The notes under the pieces: generated by a model
Told to the model about the DNA's origin: nothing
The model's database searches: none
The model's input: the letters and a program-made list of their open reading frames with translations, nothing else
Program-made: the position numbers and the translations under genes
Shown here: positions 28,990 to 38,851 of the stretch, in pieces
How positions within the stretch are numbered: the stretch's first letter is position 1
Layout of the letters: each line of letters opens with the position of its first letter
Source: an uncultured delta proteobacterium
GTDB taxonomy: Bacteria > Myxococcota_A > Polyangia > Fen-1088
DNA: 64,000 nucleotides
Direction of reading: 5' to 3'
Assembly: GCA_963767925.1 (NCBI GenBank)
Contig: CAVYGB010000008.1
Coordinates: 64,001-128,000 of the forward strand

Positions 28990-30255
28990 ATGCGCACCGG
29001 CGGTCAAGAGCGGCGGAAGGTGCGTCGGGCGGCCGGCCGGCGCCCGGGCCCGGCGCTGACCGTCGCCACCCGGATGGCGGTGCTGTCGGAGATCGCGGGG
29101 GCGGTGAGCGGCGGGGGCAGCGCCGCCCGCCAGCTTCGCAAGATCGTCGAGGCCCTGGCGGCTGCTTTGCCCGGAGTCCCCCTGGTGAGCGTGACGGTGG
29201 CCGGCGCGAACGGCCTGCGCACCGTGTTCGCCCGGGGCAACGGCAGCTCGCCCCGGGGCACGACGGTACGCTGGGAGGGGGGAGACCACCCCGGCCTATG
29301 GCCCCGGAGCGAACGTTTCGTCAGCGGAGACCTGAGCAGCGTGCTGCCCGCGTTGCCCCCCCAGGTGGCCGGCCTGCTGCGGGGCCTCGCCCAGGGCGCG
29401 CTGGGGCTGCTGCCGCTCGGCCGGCGTGGCCACCCCTTCGGGCTGTTGCTGCTGGCCCGGGCGGCGGGACGTTTCGGGCAGGGCGAGCGCGGGTTGCTGC
29501 GGGCGGCGGCTCGCCAGGCCGCCCGGGTGCTCGAGCTGAACGACGCCCTGGCGCGGACCCGGGACGCGCTCGAGGCGCGCGACCAGTTCCTGGTGCTGGC
29601 CAGCCACGAGCTGGCCGGGCCGCTCGCCACCGCCTCCCTGCTGGCCACCGCGGTCGAGCTGGCGGTCGAGCGCAAGCCGGGCACCGTCGACGACCAGACG
29701 CGGGCCGCCCTGCGCATGACACGCGACCAGCTCGACCGGGCCTCCGCCCTGGTGCGGCGGCTGGCCGAGGCGGCCCGGCGCTCGCACCAGCGCCCGGAGC
29801 CGCACCGGGCGCCGATGGATCTGGCGGCGCTGGTCGAGGCGGTGGTGGCGGAGCTGCGGCTGCGCGACCCCCGGGGCAACAGCCTGGAGCTGCGGCTGCA
29901 GGCGCCCCACCTCGTCGGCCAGTGGGACCGCTCCCAGCTCCAGCAGGTGGTGGAGAACCTGCTCACGAACGCCCTCAAGTTCGGGGCCGGGCGGCCGGTG
30001 CAGGTGGCCCTCACCCCGGTGGGCAGCGGCGCCGTGCTGCGGGTCAAGGACGAGGGGATCGGCATCGCCCGCGCCGATCAAGCCCGCGTCTTTCGTCGCT
30101 TCGTGCGGGCGGTCCCCCACCGGACCTACCCGGGCATGGGGCTCGGCCTCTGGCTGGTGAGCGAGATCGTGAGCGCCCACGGCGGGCGGATCTCCCTGCA
30201 GAGCGAGCCAGACCGGGGCTCGGAGTTCGTTGTCTGGCTGCCCGCCGCCGGCTAG
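28990..30255 (+). CDS. GAF-like sensor histidine kinase
   Basis: ASHELAGPL, NALKF, DEGIG, GMGLGL boxes; start codon uncertain. Confidence 0.88.
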   Translation: MRTGGQERRKVRRAAGRRPGPALTVATRMAVLSEIAGAVSGGGSAARQLRKIVEALAAALPGVPLVSVTVAGANGLRTVFARGNGSSPRGTTVRWEGGDHPGLWPRSERFVSGDLSSVLPALPPQVAGLLRGLAQGALGLLPLGRRGHPFGLLLLARAAGRFGQGERGLLRAAARQAARVLELNDALARTRDALEARDQFLVLASHELAGPLATASLLATAVELAVERKPGTVDDQTRAALRMTRDQLDRASALVRRLAEAARRSHQRPEPHRAPMDLAALVEAVVAELRLRDPRGNSLELRLQAPHLVGQWDRSQLQQVVENLLTNALKFGAGRPVQVALTPVGSGAVLRVKDEGIGIARADQARVFRRFVRAVPHRTYPGMGLGLWLVSEIVSAHGGRISLQSEPDRGSEFVVWLPAAG

Positions 30256-30279
30256 ACCCGCTCTGGAGAGGGGACATGA

Positions 30280-31164
30280 TCAGGCGCCGCGTTCGACGGC
30301 GGGACCCCGAACGGCTGGTGCGCTCTTGACGAGGAGCCCGTAGAGGCCCATCAGGGCGAGGCTGACAACCAGGTAGACCAGCACCTCGGCTACCACCAGC
30401 CGGGGGCGCTCGGTGAGGCTGGCCAGCATGAGGGCCAGGGCCGGAAAGCGCAGGGTGCTCGCGCTCGCGAGCACGGTCCGGGTCTCCCGCTCGGGCCCAC
30501 CGAGCACGTGGCCGATGGAGATCGCGCCCAGGGCCACGCCCGCGGCCGCCAGCCAGCCCCGGGTCCCCACCGCGAGCAGCTCGCGCCAGGTGGCCAGGAG
30601 GGCGAAGACCACCACCGCGGCCAGCGTCAGGTTGACCGTGAGCGCGAGGTAACGGCGGGCGCGGTCGGAGAAGGCGGGGAGGGCGCGGGCCACCAGCGCC
30701 CCCAGGGCCATCGGGACGAGGGCCTTGAAGAGGACCACCTTCGCCACCTGGGCAGGACCCAGGTCGAGGTTCCGGTGATGGATCGCGCTCAGCAGGGCCA
30801 CCGCCAGCGGCAGGAAGGCGATGCTGAGGGAGAGGACCAGCAGGTTGAGCTCGAAGGCGTAACGGGCCTGCAGGGGCGGGACGGCCATGCGTTTCATCGC
30901 CGTCACCGGGCCCATCCCCACTGCCAGGATGACGATGAAGAGGCCCTCCGTGATCACCTGCGAGGGATGCAGCACCCGCACGAACAGCAAGGTCCAGGCC
31001 GGCACCAGCACCAGGATGGCCAGCAGCGCCCGCGCCGCCAGCCCGGGACGCCGGCGCAGAAAGCCCCTCTCCCTGGGCTGCGCCGACAGCCCGGTGGTGA
31101 AGGCCGCCAGCGGCACGGCGATGGCCAGCGCCACCCGAAACACCTCGACGAGCGATGACCTCAT
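30280..31164 (-). CDS. Bile acid:Na+ symporter (BASS)-like membrane protein
   Basis: About nine hydrophobic segments; IGHVLGGPERETRTVLA...RFPALAL motif. Confidence 0.75.
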   Translation of the reverse strand: MRSSLVEVFRVALAIAVPLAAFTTGLSAQPRERGFLRRRPGLAARALLAILVLVPAWTLLFVRVLHPSQVITEGLFIVILAVGMGPVTAMKRMAVPPLQARYAFELNLLVLSLSIAFLPLAVALLSAIHHRNLDLGPAQVAKVVLFKALVPMALGALVARALPAFSDRARRYLALTVNLTLAAVVVFALLATWRELLAVGTRGWLAAAGVALGAISIGHVLGGPERETRTVLASASTLRFPALALMLASLTERPRLVVAEVLVYLVVSLALMGLYGLLVKSAPAVRGPAVERGA

Positions 31165-31599
31165 TGCTCTCAAGATGGTCCGCCCGCGATCGCCTGGCAG
31201 CGCGCGCGGCCTGACTCCCCTCGGGATCCGCGGGCCACCGACAGCCGCGCGCAGAGAGGGAGAGAGAGAATTAAGCTAGGCTAGCCGCCGTCGCGCGCCT
31301 GCGGGCGTTGACCATCCGGGCCGGGCGCCCAGCGCCCGCCAGGCGGGCGGCAGCGTCGCTCGCCGGCTGACACCCTGCCCGTGGACTGGAAGGAGCGATA
31401 CCCGTCACGGAGGGCCAGCGTTCCGGCGCACATGGATATGCTGGGAAGTTATGGCGCCTGCGCGGCCGCGACAAGCGGGAGCCCGCCTTGGCGGGGGCCA
31501 CCGACGGCGGGCTCAGCCGGACCGGCCGGCGCGGGAGTGGCCTGTGAGTGGCTTGCGCAATTCATTCGCCCCCTCGCGAAACGAGCCCACGATCGAGAC

Positions 31600-32283
31600 G
31601 TGAAGATCTTCATCATCGACGACCACGTCATGTACCGCGAGGGTCTGAAGTCCGTGCTGGCGTCGGCCGCCGATCTGCAGGTGGTGGGAGAGGCGGGCAC
31701 GGCCCGCGGCGCCTTTCCGCTCATCGATGCCCGCCGCCCCGACGTCGTGATCCTGGACCTGCTCCTGCCCGGCATGGATGGCTGCAGCGCCGCCCGCGAG
31801 CTGGGCCGGCGCCTGCCACATGGCAAGGTGCTCGTGTTGACCGGCTGCGATTCCATCCACGATCTGTTCAACGCCCTGAGCGCCGGGGTCACCGGCTACA
31901 TGCTGAAGTCCGACCCCACCGCCGCCCTCCTCGAGGCCCTGCGCTGCGTGTGCCGGGGGGAATGTTACCTGACGCCGGTCCTGGCCACGCATTCGCAGGA
32001 GCTGGGCGCCGGCACCCCCGCCAGCCGGGCCCTGGCCTCTCTCTCCGTCCGCGAGCGCGAGGTCTTCCACCTCACCACCGAGGGGCTGGCCAACCCCGAG
32101 ATCGCGCGCGAGCTGTGCATCTCTCGCCGGACCGTAGAGACCCACAAGTACCGCCTGCAGAAGAAGCTCGGCCTGCACAGCGCCCACGAGCTGCTCCGCT
32201 TCGGCGCCGAGCACGGGTTCATCCGCCGCGCCCGCCGGGACCCGAGCCCCCCGGCTGGCAACGGCGTCGGCCTGCCCCGGTAG
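31600..32283 (+). CDS. NarL/LuxR-family response regulator (type A)
   Basis: GTG start VKIFIIDDH, LDLLLPGMDG, ELCISRRTVETHKYRL; close paralog of 1499-2152. Confidence 0.93.
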   Translation: MKIFIIDDHVMYREGLKSVLASAADLQVVGEAGTARGAFPLIDARRPDVVILDLLLPGMDGCSAARELGRRLPHGKVLVLTGCDSIHDLFNALSAGVTGYMLKSDPTAALLEALRCVCRGECYLTPVLATHSQELGAGTPASRALASLSVREREVFHLTTEGLANPEIARELCISRRTVETHKYRLQKKLGLHSAHELLRFGAEHGFIRRARRDPSPPAGNGVGLPR

Positions 32284-32285
32284 CT

Positions 32286-33269
32286 TCAGGGCAACGAGAC
32301 GGCCGCCCGCACCGCCGGTTGCCGGACCGCGCCCTCGATCGCCGCCACCACCGGGTTCTTCGCCAGCAGCGGATCCTCCCGGAGGATCTGGCGGTAGATC
32401 TCTCCGAGGTCGGGCTGGGCGCCGTCGCCGTCGAGGATCACCAGGCAGGGCTCCTGGCTCGAGCGCAGCTCGGTGAGCGCCTCGCTGGCGCTGCAGGTGC
32501 GGATCTGGCGCCAGCCCTCCCCCAGGACGTTGCGCAGGATCTCCGCCCGAGCCTGGGCGTCGTCGTCCACCAGGAGCAACACCGTCCGGGCGGGCCGGTC
32601 GTCGGGGCTCCCCGCTCGGCGGCGCAGCAGGTCGTTCTCGGCGGCGAAGCGGATCAGCTCCGCCCCGCTGCGGCAGCCGAGCTTGCGGTGGATCCGGGTG
32701 CGGTGGGTGTCGACGGTCTTGATCGAGATCCCCAGCTCCTGGGAGATGATCGCGTTGCGCCAGCCTCGCACGACGAGGTCGAAGACCTCCCGCTCGCGCG
32801 GAGACAGCCCCCGGAGCACGTCGGAGGAGAGGGCCGGCCGCTTGGCCCGGGCCAGCCGGACCGCCTCCAGCGTGCTGAATTGGCGGAAGGCGGGGGCCAC
32901 GTAGAGCTGGCCGTGTCCGACCCGCCGGATCGCCTCCAGCAGCTCGTCGGCCCGGTCGGTCTTCAACGCGAGCCCGCCCGCCCCCGCGGTCAGCGCCTCG
33001 AGGGCGTCGCGCTCCCGCCCCCAGTCGGCCACCAGCAGCACCGGCGTGCGGGGCGCGCGCCGCTTCACCTCCCGGGTGGCGGCGAGGCCGTTCATGCCCA
33101 CCAACGAGACGTCGATGACGAGCACGTCCGGCTGCTGCCGCTCCACTTCTTCGATGCCCGACCGCGCGTCGGTGGCGTCGGCGACCACCTGCAGGTCGCC
33201 ACTCGATTCGATCAAGGCCCGGAAGCCCAGCCGGAAGACCGGTTCACTGCTGATCAGCGCGACACGCAT
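32286..33269 (-). CDS. Atypical REC-LuxR HTH-REC regulator (type C)
   Basis: MRVALISSEPVFRLGF; paralog of the gene at 3992; second REC 'VLLLVDDD'. Confidence 0.9.
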   Translation of the reverse strand: MRVALISSEPVFRLGFRALIESSGDLQVVADATDARSGIEEVERQQPDVLVIDVSLVGMNGLAATREVKRRAPRTPVLLVADWGRERDALEALTAGAGGLALKTDRADELLEAIRRVGHGQLYVAPAFRQFSTLEAVRLARAKRPALSSDVLRGLSPREREVFDLVVRGWRNAIISQELGISIKTVDTHRTRIHRKLGCRSGAELIRFAAENDLLRRRAGSPDDRPARTVLLLVDDDAQARAEILRNVLGEGWRQIRTCSASEALTELRSSQEPCLVILDGDGAQPDLGEIYRQILREDPLLAKNPVVAAIEGAVRQPAVRAAVSLP

Positions 33270-33457
33270 TAACATTCCTCATTTCCCCCCGAGGACACGC
33301 GCCTGCACCGGAGCCTATAAGCCATTTCGCTGGCTTTGTCCGGTGCGGGAGCGCGGTCGCCTTCCGAATACGGAAAGGACCGACCCACCGACGGGGCGGA
33401 ACGAGGCGCCGCGCTGATCTTCCGGAGTTTTTCGCGCCGAAAGGCGCGGCGGGAGAG

Positions 33458-34810
33458 TCAGTCGCGCAGGGCGAGGGCGAGGTTCAAGCCGAGGTACTGG
33501 TCGACCGCGCCGGCGGCCTCGCGCGCGTCGCCCGGCTGCGTGTTCATCGTGAACACGTAGGCCCGCAGGTTGGCGGTGGCCCGCACCTCCAGCTTGGACA
33601 TGATCCGCATCGCCATGCCGAGGAAGCCTTCTCCGCCGCTGCCCGTGATGTACGGGAAGTAAGCCGTCTGCAGCTCGCCGACCCCCAGCAGATGCAGGTA
33701 GTTGGCGCCGCCGACGAAGGCGAAGGTCCGGCCGAACGGGATCCGCGTCGCCAGGCCGCCCTTGAGCTGCTGGTAGGAGACGTCGGCGACCTGCGGCCGA
33801 TTGGGGCCGCCGTTGCTGTCCTTGGCGATGCTGAAGGAGTGCGACCCGAAGGCGGCGTTGGCCAGGACCTCGACGCCCCCGAAGGTGAGGCGGCCCTTGC
33901 CTCCCACCGCATAGCTGAAGGAGCCCGTGCGGTAGGGCCGGCCGTCGGGATCACGCGAGGCCAGGGGGAAGGAATATTCACCGCTGGCCGAGACGCCCAG
34001 GAAGGAGAGGGGGAAGTAGTCGAGGGATATGTTAGCCGCCGGCACCCCCACGATGCGGTAGTCCTGCTGCGTGCCCACCCGGTTCTGGCTGTACGCGAAG
34101 ATGCGGGAGTAGACCTGCGTGCCGATCGACAGATCGATGTTGTTGACCGTGGGCCGGCGCAGCCTCTCCTCCTCGGCGGCGGCGAGCAGCGCGGGCGGGG
34201 CCTCCATGTCGGGCGTCCCCGACCGACGGGACACGGGCATCGGTTCCTCGACCGCGGTGGGCGGCGCCGCCGCCACCGCGGTGGGGTCACTGCCGCTATC
34301 GCTCTCGGGGACCGCGGCGACCGCGGCCGCCTGGCCGGTCGCCTCGTTGTTGGGATATCGCTCCAGGATCGCCTTGAGGCCAGTGGGGAGACCCCGCTGG
34401 ATCCGCGGCAACATGGTGGCCAAGCTCGGTCCGCTCCAGGAGGCGCGGCCCACGACGGTGCCCTCCCTGTTCTTGGCCTTGACCTGCGCGGTCAGGAGCC
34501 GGCGGCCGTTGGCGAGGATGCTCCCCTCGACGAAGAGGGTGCCGTTGAGATCGCGCGCGAGGTTCGTGTAGTTGTCCGAGAGCTGCACCAGCCCGAGGCT
34601 GGCGGCGGCGGACGCCACGTTCCGGTCGGGGACCACCCGCTGCTCGAGCTGTAGCAGCGCCGCGATGGTCTGCTGCCGGAAGCGCTGCGCGCCCATGCCC
34701 ACGAACGGCTCCACGATGATCTGGTGGGCCGTTTCGGCCCGCGACGGCCGGGCTGCCCCGAGCGACACGAGCGAGAAGAATCCAGCGGCGCAGATGACTA
34801 GCCCTTTCAT
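33458..34810 (-). CDS. Exported protein with probable C-terminal beta-barrel
   Basis: Signal peptide, Ala/Pro linker, amphipathic beta-strands, RBS-like GAGGAAG upstream. Confidence 0.75.
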   Translation of the reverse strand: MKGLVICAAGFFSLVSLGAARPSRAETAHQIIVEPFVGMGAQRFRQQTIAALLQLEQRVVPDRNVASAAASLGLVQLSDNYTNLARDLNGTLFVEGSILANGRRLLTAQVKAKNREGTVVGRASWSGPSLATMLPRIQRGLPTGLKAILERYPNNEATGQAAAVAAVPESDSGSDPTAVAAAPPTAVEEPMPVSRRSGTPDMEAPPALLAAAEEERLRRPTVNNIDLSIGTQVYSRIFAYSQNRVGTQQDYRIVGVPAANISLDYFPLSFLGVSASGEYSFPLASRDPDGRPYRTGSFSYAVGGKGRLTFGGVEVLANAAFGSHSFSIAKDSNGGPNRPQVADVSYQQLKGGLATRIPFGRTFAFVGGANYLHLLGVGELQTAYFPYITGSGGEGFLGMAMRIMSKLEVRATANLRAYVFTMNTQPGDAREAAGAVDQYLGLNLALALRD

Positions 34811-35023
34811 CACGTTCTCACTTCCTCTTCCGCGTCAAAATGCCCGATCTCAGGCAGATTCGGGGGGCCGGGAGGGACCTAACCTATACAGCCGGTCGCC
34901 AATGTGTCAACGGGCCCACGTGTTAGAGACATGCCGGTCAGCGGCGCCCACCGGGCCGCCGCCAGGGGGGCCAGGAGGGGGGCCCAGCAGGAGGCAGCGA
35001 AGGGCCCCGGTCAGCGCGGCTCG

Positions 35024-35830
35024 TTATTCGGGACATACGCCAGCGGTCGCTGGATCGGAGACGTAGATCCCGTCGCGGGTCCGCAGCTCGACGCGGTCTC
35101 CGCCGATCGCGGCGATGACGTCACCGGTCGCACCGGTCAGGCGCAGATCGATCGACGAGGTGCTCACCCGGAAGTCCCAGTCCACCGGCCAGCGCTCTTG
35201 CTCGGTACCCACCTGGCCTTGCACCCGGAAAAGGAAGGCCGACTCCCCGCCGGCGGCCAGCCCCCGGTAGAGGTAGAGCTGCAAGGAGGCGTCGAGGAAC
35301 AGGTTCACCCCGACGCCGGCCAGCTCCACCCGCGCGCGGCAGGCGCTCGCCTGACCCCAGACCACCGGTCGGAGCGTGCCCTCGACGAGGGCGGACAGAT
35401 CGATCTCCCCGTTCTGTCGGGGATCGGGGATGGTCGCCGCCGGATCCCAGCCGCGACAGATGCGCTGCAGGTGCAGCACGCCCCGCAGGCGTGGCTCGTC
35501 CTCGTCGACCGGGCCGGTCTCGGTGGGCATCCCGCTGGCCTGCAGCCGCTGCTGCAGCGCCTGCAGCGCATCCAGCAGGACCTCCCCGACCTGCCGCAGG
35601 CGTTGGTCCTCCACGCGATCGAGGGCCGAGCGGGCCAGGCAGGCGACGTCCTGGGGCGCCACCGTCCCGTCCGGCTGCGCGTAGGCCTCGACCAGGGGTG
35701 CCAGGTCGGGTGGGACCGGCATCTCGATCTCGGGCCGGTCGACGCAGCCGAGGGCGACAAGGGCGGTCGCTCCCCCCGGCCAGCGGAGCTTCGCCGGCCC
35801 CCGTTCGCGTGCGCGCGTGCCTCTGCCCAT
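35024..35830 (-). CDS. Hypothetical lipoprotein
   Basis: Lipobox LVALGC; 13 nt downstream of the co-oriented barrel gene. Confidence 0.75.
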   Translation of the reverse strand: MGRGTRARERGPAKLRWPGGATALVALGCVDRPEIEMPVPPDLAPLVEAYAQPDGTVAPQDVACLARSALDRVEDQRLRQVGEVLLDALQALQQRLQASGMPTETGPVDEDEPRLRGVLHLQRICRGWDPAATIPDPRQNGEIDLSALVEGTLRPVVWGQASACRARVELAGVGVNLFLDASLQLYLYRGLAAGGESAFLFRVQGQVGTEQERWPVDWDFRVSTSSIDLRLTGATGDVIAAIGGDRVELRTRDGIYVSDPATAGVCPE

Positions 35831-35843
35831 GGAATGGTCCCCC

Positions 35844-36668
35844 CTAGAAGATCAGCGAGAGCGAGCCGTCGGGGACGAAGCCCCGGTAGGGCAGATAGAC
35901 GTTGGCCCCGGTGACGAAGATCGAGCCGTAGCCGGCGCCGATGCGGGCGTGCAGGTGGCGCCATAAGTAGGTTACGCTGGCGACGACCGCGTAGGGGTGC
36001 TCGTGCCGGGGCTGCAGCTCGGCCTGGAGGTCCGCCCGGGTGTAGGGATCGATCTGAGTCTCGCCCTCGAGCACCAGGGGCCGCATCCAGACCTGCGAGC
36101 GGCCCCGCAGGGTCAGCGCCAGCCGCGGCTTCGGTCGGTACTCGAGCATGGCGCCGATCTGGACCGCCTCGGTCGAGAGGGCGCCACCGACCTCGGCCCG
36201 GTTGGCGTCCCCGGCGCCGCGGGCCTGGAGGAAGGTGTAGCTCCCCTCGAGGTGGCCCCACCAGGCGGGGGCCAGTCCGACCGAGGCGAGCGCCGTAACC
36301 GGTACCACGACGAGCTTTCCGCGGGCCGCTTGCGCCGAGGTCAGATCGACGAAGTAGCCCCCGAGCTGGCCGCTCACCCGGAAGCGATCCTCCGCCAGGA
36401 AGGTGTACTTGACGTGCAGGTTCGGCACCCAGCTCCGGGTGTAGGCCCCGGCGGCCCAGGCCGGCGGATCGGTGCCCACCGAGAGGCCGTCGGTGATCCC
36501 GTATTCGAAGCCCAGCAGCCCGAGCTTGACGCGGCCTCCTTCGACCGTGAAGGCCGTGTGCTCGTCCAGGCGCGGACCTTCCAGCGGCTGGGCCAGGGCC
36601 GGCCGGCCGAATGGCAGGCCCAGCGTGGCGATCAGCGCTCCCAGCGCGGCGACTCCCGTCCACCCCAT
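35844..36668 (-). CDS. Putative outer-membrane beta-barrel protein
   Basis: RBS GGAGG, signal peptide ending ALA, beta-strand pattern, terminal Phe. Confidence 0.78.
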   Translation of the reverse strand: MGWTGVAALGALIATLGLPFGRPALAQPLEGPRLDEHTAFTVEGGRVKLGLLGFEYGITDGLSVGTDPPAWAAGAYTRSWVPNLHVKYTFLAEDRFRVSGQLGGYFVDLTSAQAARGKLVVVPVTALASVGLAPAWWGHLEGSYTFLQARGAGDANRAEVGGALSTEAVQIGAMLEYRPKPRLALTLRGRSQVWMRPLVLEGETQIDPYTRADLQAELQPRHEHPYAVVASVTYLWRHLHARIGAGYGSIFVTGANVYLPYRGFVPDGSLSLIF

Positions 36669-36758
36669 GCGTAGCCTCCCTCCCCAGGATGGGGCGGCGG
36701 GCGCGCCGGAGGCTGTCGGTCACGCCCCGCTTCGCCGGTTCGGGTTAAGGTGCCGGGC

Positions 36759-38072
36759 ATGAAACGGCTCCGCTTTCGTTGCCTCGCGTTGGCCGGTGGC
36801 CTGGTGGCCTTCAGCCCGGTCGTCCAGGCCCAGCAGGATCACACGAACCTCGACGAGGCCAAGGTTGGCGCCTACAGCCTGCCGCCGCTGCTGGTCTCGG
36901 CCGACGGCAAGCCGGTGCGGACCGGCCAGCAATGGACCTCCCGGCGGCGCCCCGAGGTCCTGAAGCTGTTCGAGGACCACATGCACGGGCGCACGCCCGT
37001 CGGCCGGCCCAGGGATCTTTCCTGGAAGGTCGTCGAGAAGGACGCGGGTGCGCTGGGCGGAACCGCCCGCCGCAAGCAGATCGAAGTCCGCTTCTCGAAG
37101 CAGCCGGGGACGCCCGTCATGCACGTGCTGCTCTACACGCCGTCGGCAGCCAAGGGCCCGGTGCCGGTGTTCCTGGTGCTGCACTTCAACGGCAACTGGG
37201 CCATCGTCGACGATCCGGGGGTGCGGCTTTACGACACCTGGGACCGCAAGAAGCGCGAGCGGGTCACCCCGGCCGCCGACGTCGCGCGGGGCACCTCGAA
37301 GGAGTGGGACGTCCCCGGGATCCTGGCGCGCGGCTACGGCGTGGCGGCCATCTACTACGGCGACGTCGAGCCCGACTTCGACGGAGGGGCCGGGCTGCCC
37401 CACGGGGTGAGACCGCTCTTCTGGAAGGCCGGCCAGACCGAGCGGGCGCCCGGCGACTGGGGCGCCATCGGCGCCTGGGCCTGGGGCATGAGCCGCGCGC
37501 TCGACTACCTGCGCACCGATCGCGACGTCGACGGCCGCAAGGTGATCGCGGTGGGCCAGTCGCGGCTGGGCAAGACCGTGTTGTGGGCGGGGGCCCAGGA
37601 CCAGCGCTTCGCGATGGTCATCGCGAGCTGCTCGGGTGAGGGCGGGGCCGCCCTCGCCCGGAGGGACTACGGCGAGAACCTCGACAACATGACCTCCCGC
37701 TACCTCTACCAGTTCAGCGAGGGCTTCGGGCGTTACAACAAGCGCTGGAACGACCTGCCGGTGGACGCCCACATGCTGGTGGCGCTGATGGCCCCCCGGC
37801 CCCTGCTGCTGAACACGGGCAGCGAGGATCGCTGGTCCGATCCGCGTGGCGAGTTCCTGGCCGCCCAGGCCGCCTCGCCGGTCTACGAGCTGTTCGGCAA
37901 GCAGGGGCTGGCCAGCGAGGCGCAGCCCCCTCTGGACGTCCCCTTGCTGCGCGACCTCGCCTTCCACGAGCACACCGGGCGCCACGCCATCCTCGCCACC
38001 GACTGGAAGGTCTTCCTCGACTACGCCGACAGCCGCCTCGGGCGCCGCCCGGGCGCTCGCGCCGCCCGCTGA
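36759..38072 (+). CDS. Secreted CE15 glucuronoyl-esterase-like alpha/beta hydrolase
   Basis: WGAIGAWAWGMSRALDYL, GQSRLGK, SGEGG, LPVDAHML..LMAPRP, DPRGE. Confidence 0.9.
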   Translation: MKRLRFRCLALAGGLVAFSPVVQAQQDHTNLDEAKVGAYSLPPLLVSADGKPVRTGQQWTSRRRPEVLKLFEDHMHGRTPVGRPRDLSWKVVEKDAGALGGTARRKQIEVRFSKQPGTPVMHVLLYTPSAAKGPVPVFLVLHFNGNWAIVDDPGVRLYDTWDRKKRERVTPAADVARGTSKEWDVPGILARGYGVAAIYYGDVEPDFDGGAGLPHGVRPLFWKAGQTERAPGDWGAIGAWAWGMSRALDYLRTDRDVDGRKVIAVGQSRLGKTVLWAGAQDQRFAMVIASCSGEGGAALARRDYGENLDNMTSRYLYQFSEGFGRYNKRWNDLPVDAHMLVALMAPRPLLLNTGSEDRWSDPRGEFLAAQAASPVYELFGKQGLASEAQPPLDVPLLRDLAFHEHTGRHAILATDWKVFLDYADSRLGRRPGARAAR

Positions 38073-38103
38073 CCGCGGATGCTAAAGTGAAGCCGGAGGA
38101 GAC

Positions 38104-38379
38104 ATGAAAAAAGACGGCCCCTGCGAACACGTCGCGAGCATCAAGGGTGAGGTGCGCCCCCACGCCCGTGGCTGCGAGGAGTGCCTGGCCCTGGGGGACT
38201 CCTGGGTCCACCTGCGCCTGTGTTTGAGCTGCGGGCACGTCGGCTGCTGCGACGCCTCGAAGAACAAACACGCGACGAAACACTTCCGCGCCACCGCCCA
38301 TCCGGTGATCCGCTCGCAGGAGCCGGGCGAGAGCTGGGTCTGGTGTTACGTCGACGAAGTGGGCTACGAGACCGCCTGA
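38104..38379 (+). CDS. UBP-type zinc-finger protein
   Basis: CEH...GCEECL...WVHLRLCLSCGHVGCCD...HATKH...WCYVDE; RBS GGAGG. Confidence 0.92.
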   Translation: MKKDGPCEHVASIKGEVRPHARGCEECLALGDSWVHLRLCLSCGHVGCCDASKNKHATKHFRATAHPVIRSQEPGESWVWCYVDEVGYETA

Positions 38380-38386
38380 GGCCACC

Positions 38387-38737
38387 TCAGGTGGGGGTGA
38401 TCCAGTCGCCCTCCAGGGGCAGGCCGGCGCTCTCCCAGTCGAACAGGCCGCCCGCGTAGCGGCGGACCTTGTGATAGCCGTGCTCGAGCAGCGCCTGGTA
38501 GGCCGCCAGGCTGGCGTGGCAGTCGACGTTCGAGCAATAGACGACGATGTCGTCGTCCTTGCCGAGCGCGGCCAGCATCTGCTCGGAGGTCTTGAAGTAC
38601 AGCGACCCCGGGATGTGTTTGGCCTTGTAGGCCCACTCGTGCAAGGCGGTCACCAGCTTGAAGGGCTCCTTGCCAGCGAGCTTCGCGCGCAGCTCCTCGC
38701 GCGAGATCGTGCGGACGTCGGTGGGGGCAGGACTCAT
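38387..38737 (-). CDS. Single-domain rhodanese-like protein
   Basis: HIPGS, IVVYCSNVDCHAS, YAGGLFDW; RBS GAGGA. Confidence 0.9.
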   Translation of the reverse strand: MSPAPTDVRTISREELRAKLAGKEPFKLVTALHEWAYKAKHIPGSLYFKTSEQMLAALGKDDDIVVYCSNVDCHASLAAYQALLEHGYHKVRRYAGGLFDWESAGLPLEGDWITPT

Positions 38738-38851
38738 GGCGTCGATCCTCTGGTTAGCATGTTTCGGGCGACAAAGTGGGGCCGCCGCCGGTGAGGCTCG
38801 CCGTCGCGTGCGGGTTGCGTCCCGTGGCCGGGCCCATGACGAGGAGCGACC

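Noticed and set aside
27382..30255. 957-aa double histidine kinase ORF
   Set aside because: Artefact of the +1 shift near 28372; the middle is off-frame sequence and two separate kinases explain it.
38759..38850. Thr attenuator or T-box upstream of the thrS remnant
   Set aside because: The short ORF MFRATKWGRRR has only one Thr codon, and I see no T-box consensus or terminator.
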